64,000 bases of DNA, taken from the human T2T-CHM13v2.0 reference genome, Homo sapiens. Positions 46,791 to 61,685 of the stretch are shown here, in pieces. The notes under the pieces are model-generated. The model saw only the letters and a program-made list of their open reading frames with translations. It made no database searches and had not been told where the DNA came from. Positions within the stretch are counted from its first letter, which is position 1, and the number at the start of each line of letters is the position of its first letter. The position numbers and the translations under genes were made by a program. The stretch lies in the NCBI RefSeq assembly GCF_009914755.1, contig NC_060930.1. The stretch is one strand, 5' to 3'.

Positions 46791-48165
46791 GGGCTTAATG
46801 ACTGCAAAGCACAAAGCAAAAGTTGAATAAACGGGAGCCACTGTTAGCAGCACCAGCAACATTTTCCTGAGTGATGTTTTGGAAATTGGACATGCAGTTT
46901 GTATGGTAACCATATTTTTCAAGCCGGAAAAAACTATGACTTATGGGATCAGATAGGATATTTGGAAGTTGGATTGCTGAGAAACTGAACATATCTATTA
47001 CTCTACTAGCTAGCGCATCCATAGCTCATTCTATTTTCTAAAAAGTTATGAGCCATTAGCTGCAGGAAATATTTCAGCTGAATTTGGCATGTTTGTCATT
47101 TTTAACTTCACTTTGGCAAACAAGGAAGAGTGGAAAACACAAAGCTGGATTTCCCAGAGCTGTGTTAAGTCATTTGAAGCAAACAAAATTGCAGTTTATA
47201 ATTTAACCAATGCATTAACCAACATTTGCAAACATTAATCCCTAAGTCTGAAGGTTTACTTTAAATGCAAGACAGATTTGAAGTATTAACAAAAAAGAAA
47301 AAAAATAGCAATGTTCTTAAAAAAAAACTTTGCATGGAATATATATTTTTATAGGAAGACTATATTTTAAATAATCTAGTTATTTGTGCCTTAAAAAGAA
47401 TAAATTATAATTCATAAGGCATTAGATGACTATATATACATCAGCTACATTTACCACTTCAGATATATTTACATTCTCAGTGCAATAATTGATAGCTAAT
47501 CAAATATATCTCAAATATTTTACAAAATTCTCCAAGTAAAATTAATTCTACATCACCAAAAAAATGTAATGCATATGCCATTAAACACTTTGGATAAGAA
47601 AAAAGACGCTGTTAAATCTAACTCCAAAAATATATGGGAATTTGATTTTGAGTTTCATCATTCAAATGATTGATTTTATTTTACTAGGTATTTTGAAGAC
47701 ATGACAAATTATGAGAAGACAATCTAAAACAAAGCCCACAGTTTTTTGCTTGTTTGTTTATTTTAGTAAAGCTATACTTTTTTTTTAATTCCATGGATAT
47801 AGTGGTAAATTTAAGCAGTGCGTGGTGGAGAAAAGGGAATATTTAACAAAGTGATAGCTCTTACAAATAATACTTTGTACTAGACACTGATTAGGAAATG
47901 TTTGAGAATTGCAAAAAAAAACTGCACACAGGGCTGTGTTAGGTTGGCTAGAAAAATGACTTACTTTCTGCATATAGGAAGAGATTTGTTCTAGGTATCA
48001 TACAGTCCAGTTACAAGGTACATCTTCTGAGAACTAGAATCTTCCTTCTATCATGTTTAACAATCCTACATCTTCCCCCAACTCCCTCTGCTTTTAGAAA
48101 ACTGTTACCCATAATTGGCCAACATATTAAACACATTTCAGTCTTCTTTAAGTGCATATACTCAC

Positions 48166-48303
48166 CTCGTCTTTTCCACTATTTGGCACTCTGCAATACA
48201 CTTCCCCTGTTGATGGGTCGTAAGAATCTATATATGAGCTACAAGGTAAAAATTTTCCATCTATGAAGTTTTCCAGCATCAAAAGTGCGTTTGTTCCAGC
48301 CAT
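48166..48303 (-). CDS. ALDH8A1: ALDH8A1 exon 1 (aa 1-46), aldehyde dehydrogenase 8A1 / 2-aminomuconic semialdehyde dehydrogenase
   Basis: Manual translation MAGTNALLMLENFIDGKFLPCSSYIDSYDPSTGEVYCRVPNSGKDE; ATG (cat 48301-48303) in context cttgctATGG; donor GAG|gtgag; 138 nt, phase 0. Too short for the ORF track. Confidence 0.97.
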
Positions 48304-48480
48304 AGCAAGGAAAAATTCTGCCTTTCCTCTTTACGACTGAGCACTCAGGTTGTCCCCACCACTGTCTGGACTCCTGAGTGAGCCTCCCCCTTCCCAGCCC
48401 CCATCTTCCCCTTTACCAATCAGTGAATGTGGGAGGGCACCTGACGCTCTCAGAGAGCATTCCAGTCTCCAAACTCAGAA
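48304..48480 (-). promoter_or_regulatory. ALDH8A1: ALDH8A1 5' UTR and proximal promoter (no obvious TATA box or CpG island; G-rich boxes and an inverted CCAAT box)
   Basis: ATG-free leader of about 60 nt; C-tracts 48386-48411; ccaatcag at 48416-48423. Confidence 0.6.
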
Positions 48481-50312
48481 CTAAGAGAGTGGCTGAATGT
48501 TTCACAGACTTCTAGTACATTACCTGACATGGATAATTGTGTGTAAAAGTAACAGCTACTTACTTATGTGTTCATAGCCCTTTAAATCATCAGAAGGCAT
48601 CTGTGCATGTGATTTTATTGGGTTCACACCGTAAACTGTTCATTGCTCAAACACTGATTGGATGCCAGGCCCCAAAGCAAGTCCTTTACATGAATTTACT
48701 CGTTTATTCCACACAACAATCCTATATGAAGTAACCATTACTTCCTCTCTTTTATAGAAGAAACTGAGCCTTGGAGAGGTTAGACCATTTTTCCAAGGTC
48801 ACATAGTTAGCAGGGGATGAACTGTAGCCCTTTAATCTCCAAATCATATACTTTTTCCTCAATGCATCACTGCTTACCCTGCAGAGGTAACTGAAGACAG
48901 ATGCCCTCTTTCCGTGGCTCATCTGTGTTTCTTTACCTTGGCTGCCCTCTCTTGGAAGAGCTGTCTCTCCATCCCAAAACCGGGGCCACAGTGGCTGCTC
49001 ACATCTTCCTAGATGTGCCATGGAGATAAAGACAAGCCAAAAACATGTGTGACACATATAGCAAGGGCTTCAGATCCCTGATGTAGCTGAGAATTTCTAC
49101 AAATTGGTAAGAGAAATGAGCACCCCAACAGAAAAGATAAGCAAAGATACAAAAAAGCAATCCATAGGAAAAGGAACACAATTGGCTAATGAATATATTA
49201 ACAATGTTCAGCCTTGTTGTTAAGCAAGGAATGTGAAATACAGAGGTGGCCTGATTTGCCAATCATACTGGAGAGCATTTTTAAAGATTGAGAACATCTA
49301 CTCTGTGAGGATGTGGAGAATCATCCCTAGTCCATAGGCGGGAGGGTTCACAGAACACTGCTTGGGGCAATTTGTCAGGGTCTGGTCAATTTCTCTTCTA
49401 GGAATCTCTCCTACAGAATTACGTGCTCATGAACAAGTACATAAGTCACAGGACATCCTTTTTTATCATAATTTAAAAATCAAAACAACCTAAAGTCCAT
49501 CAATTGGAGAATATTAGAGTATAATTGTTATATTCTTAACAGGGAATACTACTTAGACATTAGAAGGATGCATTGTTAAGTGAAAAAATAAAACTAGTGA
49601 ATAATATATACAGCATAGTTTCTTTGGCTATTTACATGGTTGACAGGAAGCCGTTTTAAACTGCTTGGATATTTTATGGCAAGCCTATATTACTTTTATA
49701 ATTATGATTTATAGTTATAATTCAGTTGAAGGTTAGGTACCAATATTCTAAAATTCATTGATCACATGAGGGCACTTGCTGGCCGTGCACCTCCTTAGGC
49801 CCTCTCTGCTTCCATCTTTATTGGTCTCTAGATATTCTCCAAAATTCTTGCTGAGACTTCTGACAAGCATGGTGTGGCTGATTCTGGGAGGCCCAGAGCA
49901 GCTGGAGTCTGGAGCTGGCGCCGTTGCCTGTCGCTGGAGAGTCGCTGACAGGGACTGGAGACAGAAGGTAGTCTCAGGCTTTTTCTGGTGCTGCCCACGG
50001 TCAGGTCAGCTGGAAACAGAATGAGAGAAATACGCAGGTCCCAGCCCTGGCACCACAGAGTGAAGTACCAAGAAGTGAGCTTGGTGCTGAGAGACAGTGA
50101 GTACCACCCGGTGTGTGCATAAAGACTTCTGTAGCCCATCTTCCTGGGTCTCCAACAACTCTGCCTAATGTTGATGGACTCATCAGAATGTTTGTCTTTT
50201 TGTACAGAGTGCAAAAGATTCTAATGGGAGGACTATGGAAGGGAGATCTTTTTGAAGAAAGGACTTTACCCAGGATAGCATGAGAGAGGAATTTTCTGCC
50301 ACGTGACAGTAG

Positions 50313-50915
<603 letters not shown>

Positions 50916-52489
50916 TGAGCTGGGAGACTTTCATCCTGGAGGACAGAGCATGGGCCTCATTCAGAGTCTGGTCATGTCAGTTGACCCCAGTCCTGATACC
51001 TGAGCTCTGACATGCCTTCAAGGCCTTTTCTCTAAGTTGGCACCAACGTTTCTCCTGTCGGTTTCCCTTGAAGAGACATGAAATCCTATATCTGGGCCTA
51101 GTGGCTGAGAACCTACTTCTAGGTAGTTCTACCTGCTTCACTGGACATGTGGGTATCACCTGCTCCTGAATTATTCTGGCTGGCTCCATCTGCTCGCCAG
51201 TGTGTCCTGCTGAATGCAGATCTGTTCTTACCACATCCCTGTAACAGCATTCTGACCCATGGGTGAAACGTACTCCCATTTGCGGTCACAGAATCCACCC
51301 CCCACCACATCCCAAGGGGTGGATTCACTGCCAGGTCCTGCACAGTGAGGACAGGGGACTCAAGACCTTGAGTGCAACTGAGAAAAAATTATAAATGGGA
51401 GGTATTAAGTATACTAATATTCTAAGAGAACTAGTTGCTCTAGAATATTACAAAAGAGAATAGGGTGTTTTTATCTAATACAACAAAAGTTATTCTCTTT
51501 AAAAGGGGAAAGACAATCCTGATTTAGGGGGCCCCAGGTGTACTGGAGTTTTGTTTTTACCCACAGTGGTAAACAAAAATCACAGCATGGTAGCATGAGG
51601 CAGCTGGGAGGGGTACGCTAGACTCAGGAGAAACACAGGATGGGGAACAGAGAGTGCCATGAGTGAAATGGAGCCATCAGAGTTCATTCATTTGGAGAAG
51701 GATAGGGGAGGATGGATACAGAAGCATGGAGAGGAGGTTGAAAGACAGACAAGATGGTAATTCCAAATAAATACCTGTTCTGGGGCGTCATTTTCCTTCT
51801 GTCTCCACAAGAACCTTGCTCACTGGATTATCATCTAACTTTTCATTCTTCTCCTCTCTCCTGGCGCTTTCAGCCTTTAAATGAGCTCCTCTCTCCAATA
51901 TCATATCATATAAACAAAATAATATAATAAACAAAAATTTAAAAGAACTTTCTCTGGCTCTCTGGCCTCTGTCCTCTCCTCTATAATCCTTCTCTCCTAC
52001 TGAAAACATTACACAGAATGAATGAAAATGAAAAGTGCTGTTGTTATAGGAATAACTACCCTCACTTATATGTGGCATGATGTTGTTCTCTTGCCCATTT
52101 GCCAGCCCCTCAAACCCCAATCTTCTTAGCCTCACTCCTAGGAGGAACTTTTGTGCACAATCGCATGTCAGAATTATCCTATGCAAGGTTATCAATATGA
52201 AACACTAGAGGTTTCTTTGGTTGCATGTGCTCCACTCTGAGGAATCTGGGGACGTGCCCTTGCCCTCCAAGGTTAGCGCTCAGAATGGGATCACTGTCTT
52301 GGGATGATGGTTGCAGGATCCCCCAAGAGATAGAGCTGAAGGCTAGAAAAACTGAGTGAGGAGAGGAACAAGGTATAAGAGAGAAATTCAAGAAGTATGT
52401 ATATGGGATTCTGTTTCAAGTGTGAACAGATAAGACCTTAACACGTATGCTTATATTAAACTCAGCCATTTTGGGGAAAATGCTAGGTG

Positions 52490-52830
52490 TCCCCTGTGGT
52501 GGCCACCCTAATGTTCTCTAACATACAGTTCTCCTCCTGAGTACTCCTCAGCCCCTTTGCAATGAGGTGGGGCTGTTTGGATAGTTCTGGCCAGGGTCTT
52601 TGAGTAAACGCCAAGCCTGCTGGGGACTGTCCACTGTCTCTCCCACTTCCATATAGACCAGGAAGGCTGTGTGTTCCAGGTGGCAGGTACAGGATGAAGA
52701 ACCTCTGTCAGCCTGGACTGCTGAGTCACTCTATGGAGTACAGTCTTATTATGTGGTGATAATTAGCATGAAATAAACATGTGTTTTCCTATACCACTGT
52801 ATTTGGGGGTCAATTTCTAACCAATCACAG
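52490..52830 (+). mobile_element. MLT1-type MaLR LTR fragment
   Basis: gcaatgaggtggggc...cagcctggactgctgagtcact...gaaataaac...tttgggg. Confidence 0.5.
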
Positions 52831-54063
52831 CATAAACAAGCCTACCCTGGTTAGCAGGCATATAACTTTAGTTGGCTAAAATTTCAAAATTTCTCATTGA
52901 TGCTATCTTGCAGATACCAGTCCCTGGGCACTGATCCCATATCTAGACAGGAATAGAGCCCTCTGTGAGGAGACGTGGCTCTTTTCCTCAAAGAAAAGGG
53001 CATGGCCAAATGCGTGGGGCCTGACAGGTGCTACATACCATGTTAATGATGCAACCCTAGCCTACTTCCCTAACCAAGGAGGTGAAAGTCCAGTGCCCAG
53101 CTCAGAGGCAAGACTTAAAGCTGTGGTCAGTGGAGGAAGGTAAGAGCCTTCAGAGCGAAGGTGTACACCTCCTCCAGTATGGAAACACTGCTAAGATGAC
53201 AAAACTTAAACCCAGTTAAGGGGTATTGTATTGATATTACAAAGGCCACAAACTGTGGAAGCAGCTACCATCTGACTCCACAGTCCCTTGATTGATATCT
53301 GTGACTGGACACTTGTGGAGGATCAGACATTAGGATCAATTAAGATGCAGTTGTTCTGGGCCAAATGGCCAAGGATAACCAGAGAAAATAATACCTTACA
53401 CCAAATATACTAAGTGGAAAAAACTGCTCAGCAAAGTGGACTATAGAAATGATTCTGACCCACAATACCTTAAAATGGGTGTGACTGGCATTGTTTTTCT
53501 TTTCAAAACGTACTAAGGTATGAGACTCCCTCACTCTCAACTCCCATGCAGCAGCAGATCCTCCAGGCTTCCTAACTCTGTGGTCAGATCCAGTTTGACC
53601 AAGGCAAAGATTTTTAGGAATTGATTTTCACAGGAAGGGTTTTACTTGGCCAGGGACCACTTCTTATCATCCAAGAGATTTAACAAGATGTTTTCAGGCA
53701 TATCTAGAATAGAAGAGGTGCAGGGCTTATAACATGGGCTTCTCCGGCCATGTATACAATTGACCAGGAATGAGGCCAGGGATCTCACTGGTTATTTGTT
53801 CACCCTGTGAGGAAGCCCTGGTTGCCTAGACTTCCATTCTGGGATCAAGAACAAAGGACAGATGCAAAGACTTGCCTAGTATATAGCTGAACATGGATCA
53901 GCATTAGGCAGAATAGGTACCCAGAAATCTACATTAACACTCTGTTAAGGTGCCAGGAACAACAAAGTGGAGATAAAATTTCTCTATGCCATGTGGGATT
54001 CACGGGCAACACAAACAGGAGGCTTTCAGAAAAAGACTCTGTATCTTGAAGTGGATTCTTTAA

Positions 54064-54360
54064 TGCCGGGCATGGTGGCTCACGTCTGTAATCCTAGAAC
54101 TTTGGGAGGCCTGAGGTGGAAGGATCACTTGAGCCCAGGAGTTTGAGACCAGCCCGGGCAACAAAGTGAGACCCCCATCTCTATAAAAAAATAGAAAAAA
54201 ATTAGCCGGGTGTGGTGGTGCATGCTTGTCGTCCCAGCTACTTGGGAGGCTGAGGTGGATCACTTGAGCTCTGGGCGGTCAAGGCTGCTGTGAACCGCGA
54301 TCGTGCAGTGGCACAATCATTGCTCACTGCACTCCAGCCTAGGTGACAGTGAGACCCTCT
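54064..54360 (+). mobile_element. AluJ
   Basis: Sense Alu with a short insertion in the right arm. Confidence 0.85.
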
Positions 54361-54669
54361 GCTGGATGCTGAGCCAGAAAAGTTAAGGTAAATGTTCTCA
54401 ACAATTCTCCATCCACTGAAGAACTAGGGTGGTGGGAGTGTGGCTGAGCATGGGATTTCCCCAACCCCTAGAAAGCAGGCCTCCAAGACGAGTCAGAGAA
54501 TAGCCTCGCCCTCCCTACAGCAGGAACAAAGTGGGGTTAGAGACATTTTTGTTTCAGTTGATGAAATGTTAACAGAGGCTGGTTGAATAGCTGTGATCTA
54601 TATATATTAATTTCTTGATTTTGATGATTATTATTGTGGTTGTGCAGAAGATAGACAGACAGACAGATA

Positions 54670-54951
<282 letters not shown>

Positions 54952-55369
54952 TGTGGAGAATACTTTGTAGGAAACAGATATTCAATTCAGTAGTGATGGG
55001 ACATCATGTGGCAACATGGTTTAGGAAAAAAATTTTTTCTATTGGACTTGGAACTTTTCATTTATTTGAAATATTTTCCGAAATATTCATAACAGAAAAG
55101 GAAGTGGATTCTTACCTCATATCATGAACATATTACTCATACCACATAAACAATTTACAAAAATTTTTTTTTAAAGAAGGGAAATGTTAAAATCCCCAGT
55201 CAGGGCTGGGAAAAGGCTATGATAGATTAGGATAGCTTCAATGGCACTTATTGCTAATGTTTTAATCATTAGTAGAGGGAACAGTTTATGGGGTTTTCTT
55301 GTTTTTAATCTACATATTAATTACAAATGTTCTTTTGCTTGTATTAAATACTATATAACAAAAATTTAA

Positions 55370-56120
55370 AGACTTTATCATTTAGAACAGTTTTATATTT
55401 ATAGAAATACTGCAGCCAGTTTCCCCCCAATATGAACATCTTATACTAGAATAGTACATTTGCCACAGTTAAGGAGCCAGTAGTGATACATTCTTAACTA
55501 AACTCCGTAATTTATTGATGTTTCCTTAGCTTTTACTTAATGTCTTTGGTACAGGATCCCACTCATGACACATTACATTTCCTTATGTCTCCTTAGGTCC
55601 TCATGGCAATGAGTTTCTCAGATTTTTCTTATGTTTGATGACCTTCACAGTTTTAATGAGTATTGGTCAAGAATTTTGTAGGATGCTCCTCTATTAAAAT
55701 TTGCCTGATATTTTTCTCATGATTAGAGTGGTGTTGTGAGTTTTTAGGAGGAAGATCAAAAAGTGCCATCTTCACCACATTATTATACATAGATATATAT
55801 CAGTATGTATAATCAACATGACGTCACTCGATGTTAACCTTGATCACTTGGCTGAAGTAGTACTTGTCAGGTTTTTCCATTATAAAATTCTTTTCACTGC
55901 TTTTCCATACCGTACTCTTTGGAAGGAAGTCACTATGCTCAGCCCCACACATGAGGGGTGGAGTGTTACGTTCTACCTCCGTGAAGACAAAGTATCTACA
56001 TAAATTATTTGAAATGCTTTTAAAAGGGAGATTTGTCTCTTCATTTCCCCTATCTTATTTATTCAACCTCCCTTTATTTATTCAATCATTTATTCATATT
56101 GGTATGGACTCATGGGTATA
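55370..56120 (-). mobile_element. L1MC-type 3' fragment
   Basis: gaacagtttt..., tttgatgacctt..cagtttt..gagtattggtca, gatgttaaccttgatcacttggctga. Confidence 0.7.
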
Positions 56121-57351
56121 TTTCCTAAGGACAGTCATTCTGTTTCTTTTCTAGGTTTTTTAGTTAAATGTTTATTTAGTTAGTTTTTCCATAAGCTTAT
56201 AGTAAAAAATTTAAGGATATACTGATTTCTTTCCATTACATACAAATATATACACATATACACATGCATATATGTAAAATATATTTGTTGTATACACATG
56301 TAATACATAGGTATATGTATTACACACATTTTAAAAAATCTTTACTTTGCTGATTTATTTCTATTACTTTGTATTCCACAAATGATTTCAGATGACTTAC
56401 AGAAATAAAAATACATACATTATAATAGGTTGTGGGGGAGAAAATATTAGGAAGAATGAAAAATAAGTGCTTGCAAACAAGATAAAGCCAGGGATACGGG
56501 TAGTTTACAAAATGCCTAAGATCCTGTACAGTTTGGGGCCTCAAATTTGGCTGTCAGCTTCCTGGCAGCCAAAACAAAGAGAAAACCATCATGAGTATAA
56601 AGCTATCTGAAGCTTTAATAAGTAGTCTCATTTTCATTTTTGAAAATAATCTTAAATTTTCTTCATTAGGTTATTTAGAAGAGTGTCTTTTATATGTCCT
56701 ATGACTAAGGTATTTCTAAAAACTCATTTTAATATATAGAACTTTTGAGTATTATGCTTTTGATAACCTGGGGTTTTCTTCATCACTAAGAATACTCAAT
56801 TTTTGTAAATGAACATTTTAGAAGGTGTTTAAGGAAATAAGCCTAGCCACAGGTAAAACTCCTCAGATGAAAATGTCAGTATGCTGTCACGCAGGAGGCT
56901 CTCTGGGGCATCAACAGTATTTTGCTGAAATTACCATGGTTCGATATCTGGCTTATAGGCTTTGGGATCTGAATTTGTCAATATACTGAGAATAGACTCA
57001 TTTAACTAAACTCAAGAGGTTGATATTTAACATTCAAATTCCAATTTATTTATGTACTATGAGAAGTATATCAGAAAACCCACAGATTCTTGTGTCCTCA
57101 TTCCTGGCACATTCCCTTCCTCTAATTAAACTACTTGAATTGCCAAATAATCAAACTTCAGCACATTTATTCTTACCTTCAGCAGAACTTATGCAGCTCA
57201 GTAAAAGTTAAAGGACCAACAAGGAACCAGAAGAGACATTAGACAATCAAAATTCAACAGTATTTGAATCTATCTCAGAGTTATGTATTTATCCTCTGAT
57301 TGGGCCTGGCCTGGCCAAGGGAGCCAGGGAGTCTTTCCTTTCTGGACAGAG

Positions 57352-57750
57352 TGCAATCATTTGAATATTTATGTCCTTGCAAAATTCATGATGAAATTTA
57401 ATTCCCAATATAACAGTATTAAGAGTTGAGACCTTTTAATTACAAAATTGGGCCATGAGGGCTCCATCCTCCTGCATGAGATTAGTGTCCTTATAAAAGC
57501 ACTTGAGGGAGCAAGTTTCTGCCTTCAGCTCTTCTGCCTCATGTGAACACGGTGTTTGTCCCTTCTGCCATGTGAGGACACAGCAAGAGATGTCATGTTT
57601 GAGGCAGACAGCCTTCACCAGACACCACATGTGTTGGTGTCTTGATCTTGGACTTCCCAGCCTCTAGAACGTTAAGACATAAATGGCTGTTATTATAAAT
57701 TACCCAGTTTAGGGTATTTTGCTATAGCAGCTCGAACAGACTGAGAGACA
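57352..57750 (+). mobile_element. MST/MLT1A-type MaLR solo LTR
   Basis: catgagggctcc..gattagtgtccttataaaag..gatcttggacttcccagcctctagaac..tatagcagc..cagact. Confidence 0.8.
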
Positions 57751-59621
57751 AGGCTTTGAATGAGTAGCATTTGTTGCTGTGAACCTTTCTCAAGATTCCA
57801 TGGATAACTAAGCCCTCTTATGAATGGCACAGACCTTCTTTAACTCTTTGCAGATACCTTGCTATTTTTGTTTTCCATTTTGTTGTTAATTCCTGTTCCT
57901 TTGTAGATTTGACTTTTCTCTCTGACCAATTTTAGGATCTTTCTCTTCAGTATTCTGCAGTTTCACTAAAATGTACTTAGAAGTGGATTTCTTTTTTATT
58001 TACCATCCTTGAAATATGTTGTATTGCTTCTATTTGTGAATTCATATCTTTCATCAGTTCTGGAAAATTTTACAGCTATTATATTTTTTGATATTGTACA
58101 TCCATTCTCTGTATTCCCACTTTCTAAAACTTTAATTTTATGTGATGTATACCTTCTCATTCTAGTCTCTATTCCACATGAACTTATTCATATCTTTATC
58201 TTACTGTACTGTATTGTGGGTAAATTCTCTGATCTATGCTTCCAGCTACTAATTCTTTCTTTGGCTGTATCTAATCTGTTTAATCTAAATAGTTTTTAGT
58301 TTCAATTATATATTTCACACTTAAATGTTATGTTTGATTTTAAAACACATATGGTCATTTTATAGTCTCTTATTTACTCACATTTCCACGTCTTATAAGG
58401 AAATATTAAATATTTAAATATTTTAGCCAGCTATTTTATATTCTGTAACCAGTAATTCCAATATCTGTAGTCCATTTAAATGATTCCAAACCTGAAAGAT
58501 AACTCCCATATCTATAGTCTGATCCACTGAGTTCACTTTATAACGTAACTCTTCAAGAGCAGTGTTAACTGCTTTTTATCAAATTCTTGAAGGAAACTTG
58601 TAACAGTATATTCTCTTTTTACATATATTTTTTTCTGCTTTGCTATTTAAGTCCTCTATGACCTTGTTTGTTTACATGATCTATAAGGCAGAGCTATGAG
58701 AATTCCTCAATAATTGTAACTATGCCCTTTAATTTTTAATTTCTAATAAATTTCATTATGCATTTTTATGTCATTTGGTACAGTTTTATTGTGCATTATA
58801 CTTGTTATTAATATGAAATTCTCTTAATTTTTTTTTACTTGCTTTAAATTCTTTGTCCAGTGTTAATATTGCTACTCCTGATTTCTGGAGAGGCAGTGTA
58901 GTGTCTCTGAACATGCCTCAGTCAGACTTAAATCTAAATTCAAATCATGGTTCCATAATTTATTTACTAGTTTTTAGCAATCCCTCTGAGCTTTAGTCTT
59001 CTCATCTATAGACTGAGGTTAATAATATCTGCCTCATATAATTATAGATATGTCATGTTAAATGAGTATATGAAAATTGCTTGGCACATGGTATACACCC
59101 AACGGATCAGTTATTTTTGTCTCCCCAGTACATCTGTGCCCTTTCTTCTTTAAATCTATGGTTTTATTTATTTACAAAATAGGAATATTTTGCAGATAGC
59201 ATATCATTAGCTTTGCAGTTTGAGTCTACATTTTAAAGATAAAAACCTATTTTCATTTACTGTAATAATCACAACCTTTGTCTTCATTTAATTTTCTTGT
59301 TTCCTTTCCATCTTTTGCTGTACAGACTTAGTTTCTTTGCTTTTTTTTTTTTTTTTTTTTGCATTGATATGAATAGTTTCACTAATTCCATTCATGGTTA
59401 CTGTAAACATTCTTAAAACTTTGTTTTATGGGATTATCAGAGTAACAAAATAATGTAGTCCCTTTATGGACTATAAGTAACTTAATGCTTTTCTTTCCCT
59501 ATTTCATATCCCCATATTTGGTGCAATAATTTAATTCACTTACTTCATTATTTTGTTTTGCATTGTATTTTACACCTACATTTACACTATTAACTTATTT
59601 GTACATACTTAAATGGTTTCA

Positions 59622-60142
59622 GTGTGAAAAAGCAGCTTCTGACCTAGCATTCACACTAGGCGGTGGCGTTCTCCTGCTGAACATTTAACAATTCTCAAAT
59701 CTCTAACATCAGATGAGGTCACTGTAATCCGGATAAAATGAGATACTGTAATCATGCCTGAGCACAGATAAAAACAAAGTCACTGTGCAAACCATAAACA
59801 GCCAACCTCTTCTTGTGGCTAACATGGGTGACTGTTGCTTCTTTCCTTTCCTCCCACCCACAACATAAAAATTAAGATACCCAGTTGCAAAATCACTCCC
59901 ACTTTCTGACAGCACTCAATCCACTTTCTGACAGCACTCAATCCAGAAGAAACCCTTGCTCACTTGAGCCCTCCTTAAAATTAGCTACATGTGCTCAAAT
60001 TCTTAGCAAGCCCCTCCTTACACCTTCCCACTGAGAAGCACCCATAGACCCCAGTGGTGTGCAGTCTCTCTTGCTGCAGCAAGCATCAATAAAACTAATT
60101 TTGATTATAATTATGCCCTGGTGATCTTTGATGACATCAACA
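59622..60142 (+). mobile_element. MER67-like ERV1 solo LTR
   Basis: tgtgaaaaagcagc...aacatcaga..gtaatcatg..caataaaac...catcaaca. Confidence 0.55.
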
Positions 60143-61685
60143 AATGATGAGCATCAACAAATGTTTGCCGCAGAATTTTCTACCATCACCTACCCTCCAA
60201 TCTTAAAGTTTTGAATTATCTCTTTATGATACCCTGTCCCCTGGTTGGACTATCAGCCCTATTAAGACTCAAGCCCCAGAGCTTTCTCTTGTGCCTGGAA
60301 TATGGCAGGATCATAATTAGACGAGGAAAGGATGAATGTTTTTCTACTTACATATTTCTATAAATATTTTAGAGGGAAATTAGAAGATGATTCAGTAGTT
60401 TGTATTGGGCCTACTTGTCTTGATTTTTTGAAAACTGTATAATTTTGAATAACTTCTATATATCAGGATCTGTAATTGTTATTTTTATATCAATAAAAAA
60501 AACCTCTAATACTTCTATTGAAAAATATTGATTACATAACAACATGAAAATAACTTGGCTAACGCTCACAACTATGTAAAAAAATGCATTGGAGAGACAG
60601 AAAAGAAATACATGAAAACATTGGCAGCAGTTACCTTTAGGTGACAGAACTGTGGGTTAATTTTATTCTTCCCTATATTTTCTGTATTTTCCAAATTTTC
60701 TGAAGTCACTATGATTGCATTTTAACAATGGTTAAAACTATTGATTTGCATACTCATGGGAGAAAAACAGCTATGCCTAGAAACTGGCCTCTAAAACATT
60801 TCTCACAGTAGAGAGGCTCAATTGTCATGAATGTGTGAATAATACTAACAAGTCAAAACATAGTTCTGTAATGTGTTCAAGCCACATTATCCTAGAGGTT
60901 AACTGCTCAGAAGAATCTCACAAAGAGTCAAAGTCAGAGGACAAAGCCATTAGTGTGAAGAAACAGTAAAATCATAAAAAAGAAGACAGTCAGGACAAGA
61001 AATACCTGAAGCAAAATGACACAAAATGGATGTACTATAAATTATGGATGAAAGTAACAGGGTAGGAAATCAGAGCATAACCAAGCTTGGGCATGTCTGC
61101 TTTACCTCTTTGTCACTTAATCAACTCGAGCCTTCCACTGCCAACAGTCTTCTTACACAGTGGATCCTCGAAATAATATCACCACTCCTTTCAACCACAA
61201 TCAATCATCAATAAAATGCAAATAAAAAGATTGTACTTAAACACTATTGGAGAAGGAAGGAATGAATAAATGCATTCATTTCTACTACTATTTGTTTATG
61301 CTAAACTGTAAACTAAAATTCTTAATTCGATCACAGTCTTATATAATATACAGAGTGGATGGTTTCTTGTTTTTACTCCCCCTACCTTAAACCCCAATCC
61401 ATTTCCCCTTCCTAACAGCACCCTGAATTTCCAACCCTCACACAACTGTTAGCTACATGCTTTGTGTGATATTAACTTCACACTCAAACACAGGATATCC
61501 TAGGGAAGTATTAATAAATAAAATTCAATCATAGTCAATGATGAGATGTTTCTAGGACTTCTGGAGAAGATATGCTCTTTTAGTCTGTCCTTGCCCTGGA
61601 TGGGAGATCTGAGGATGTAAGTGTGGAATTATCACATCTTGTCAAGAACCTGGCATTACAGAAGAGGTTTTTTATGGGTGGCAGG

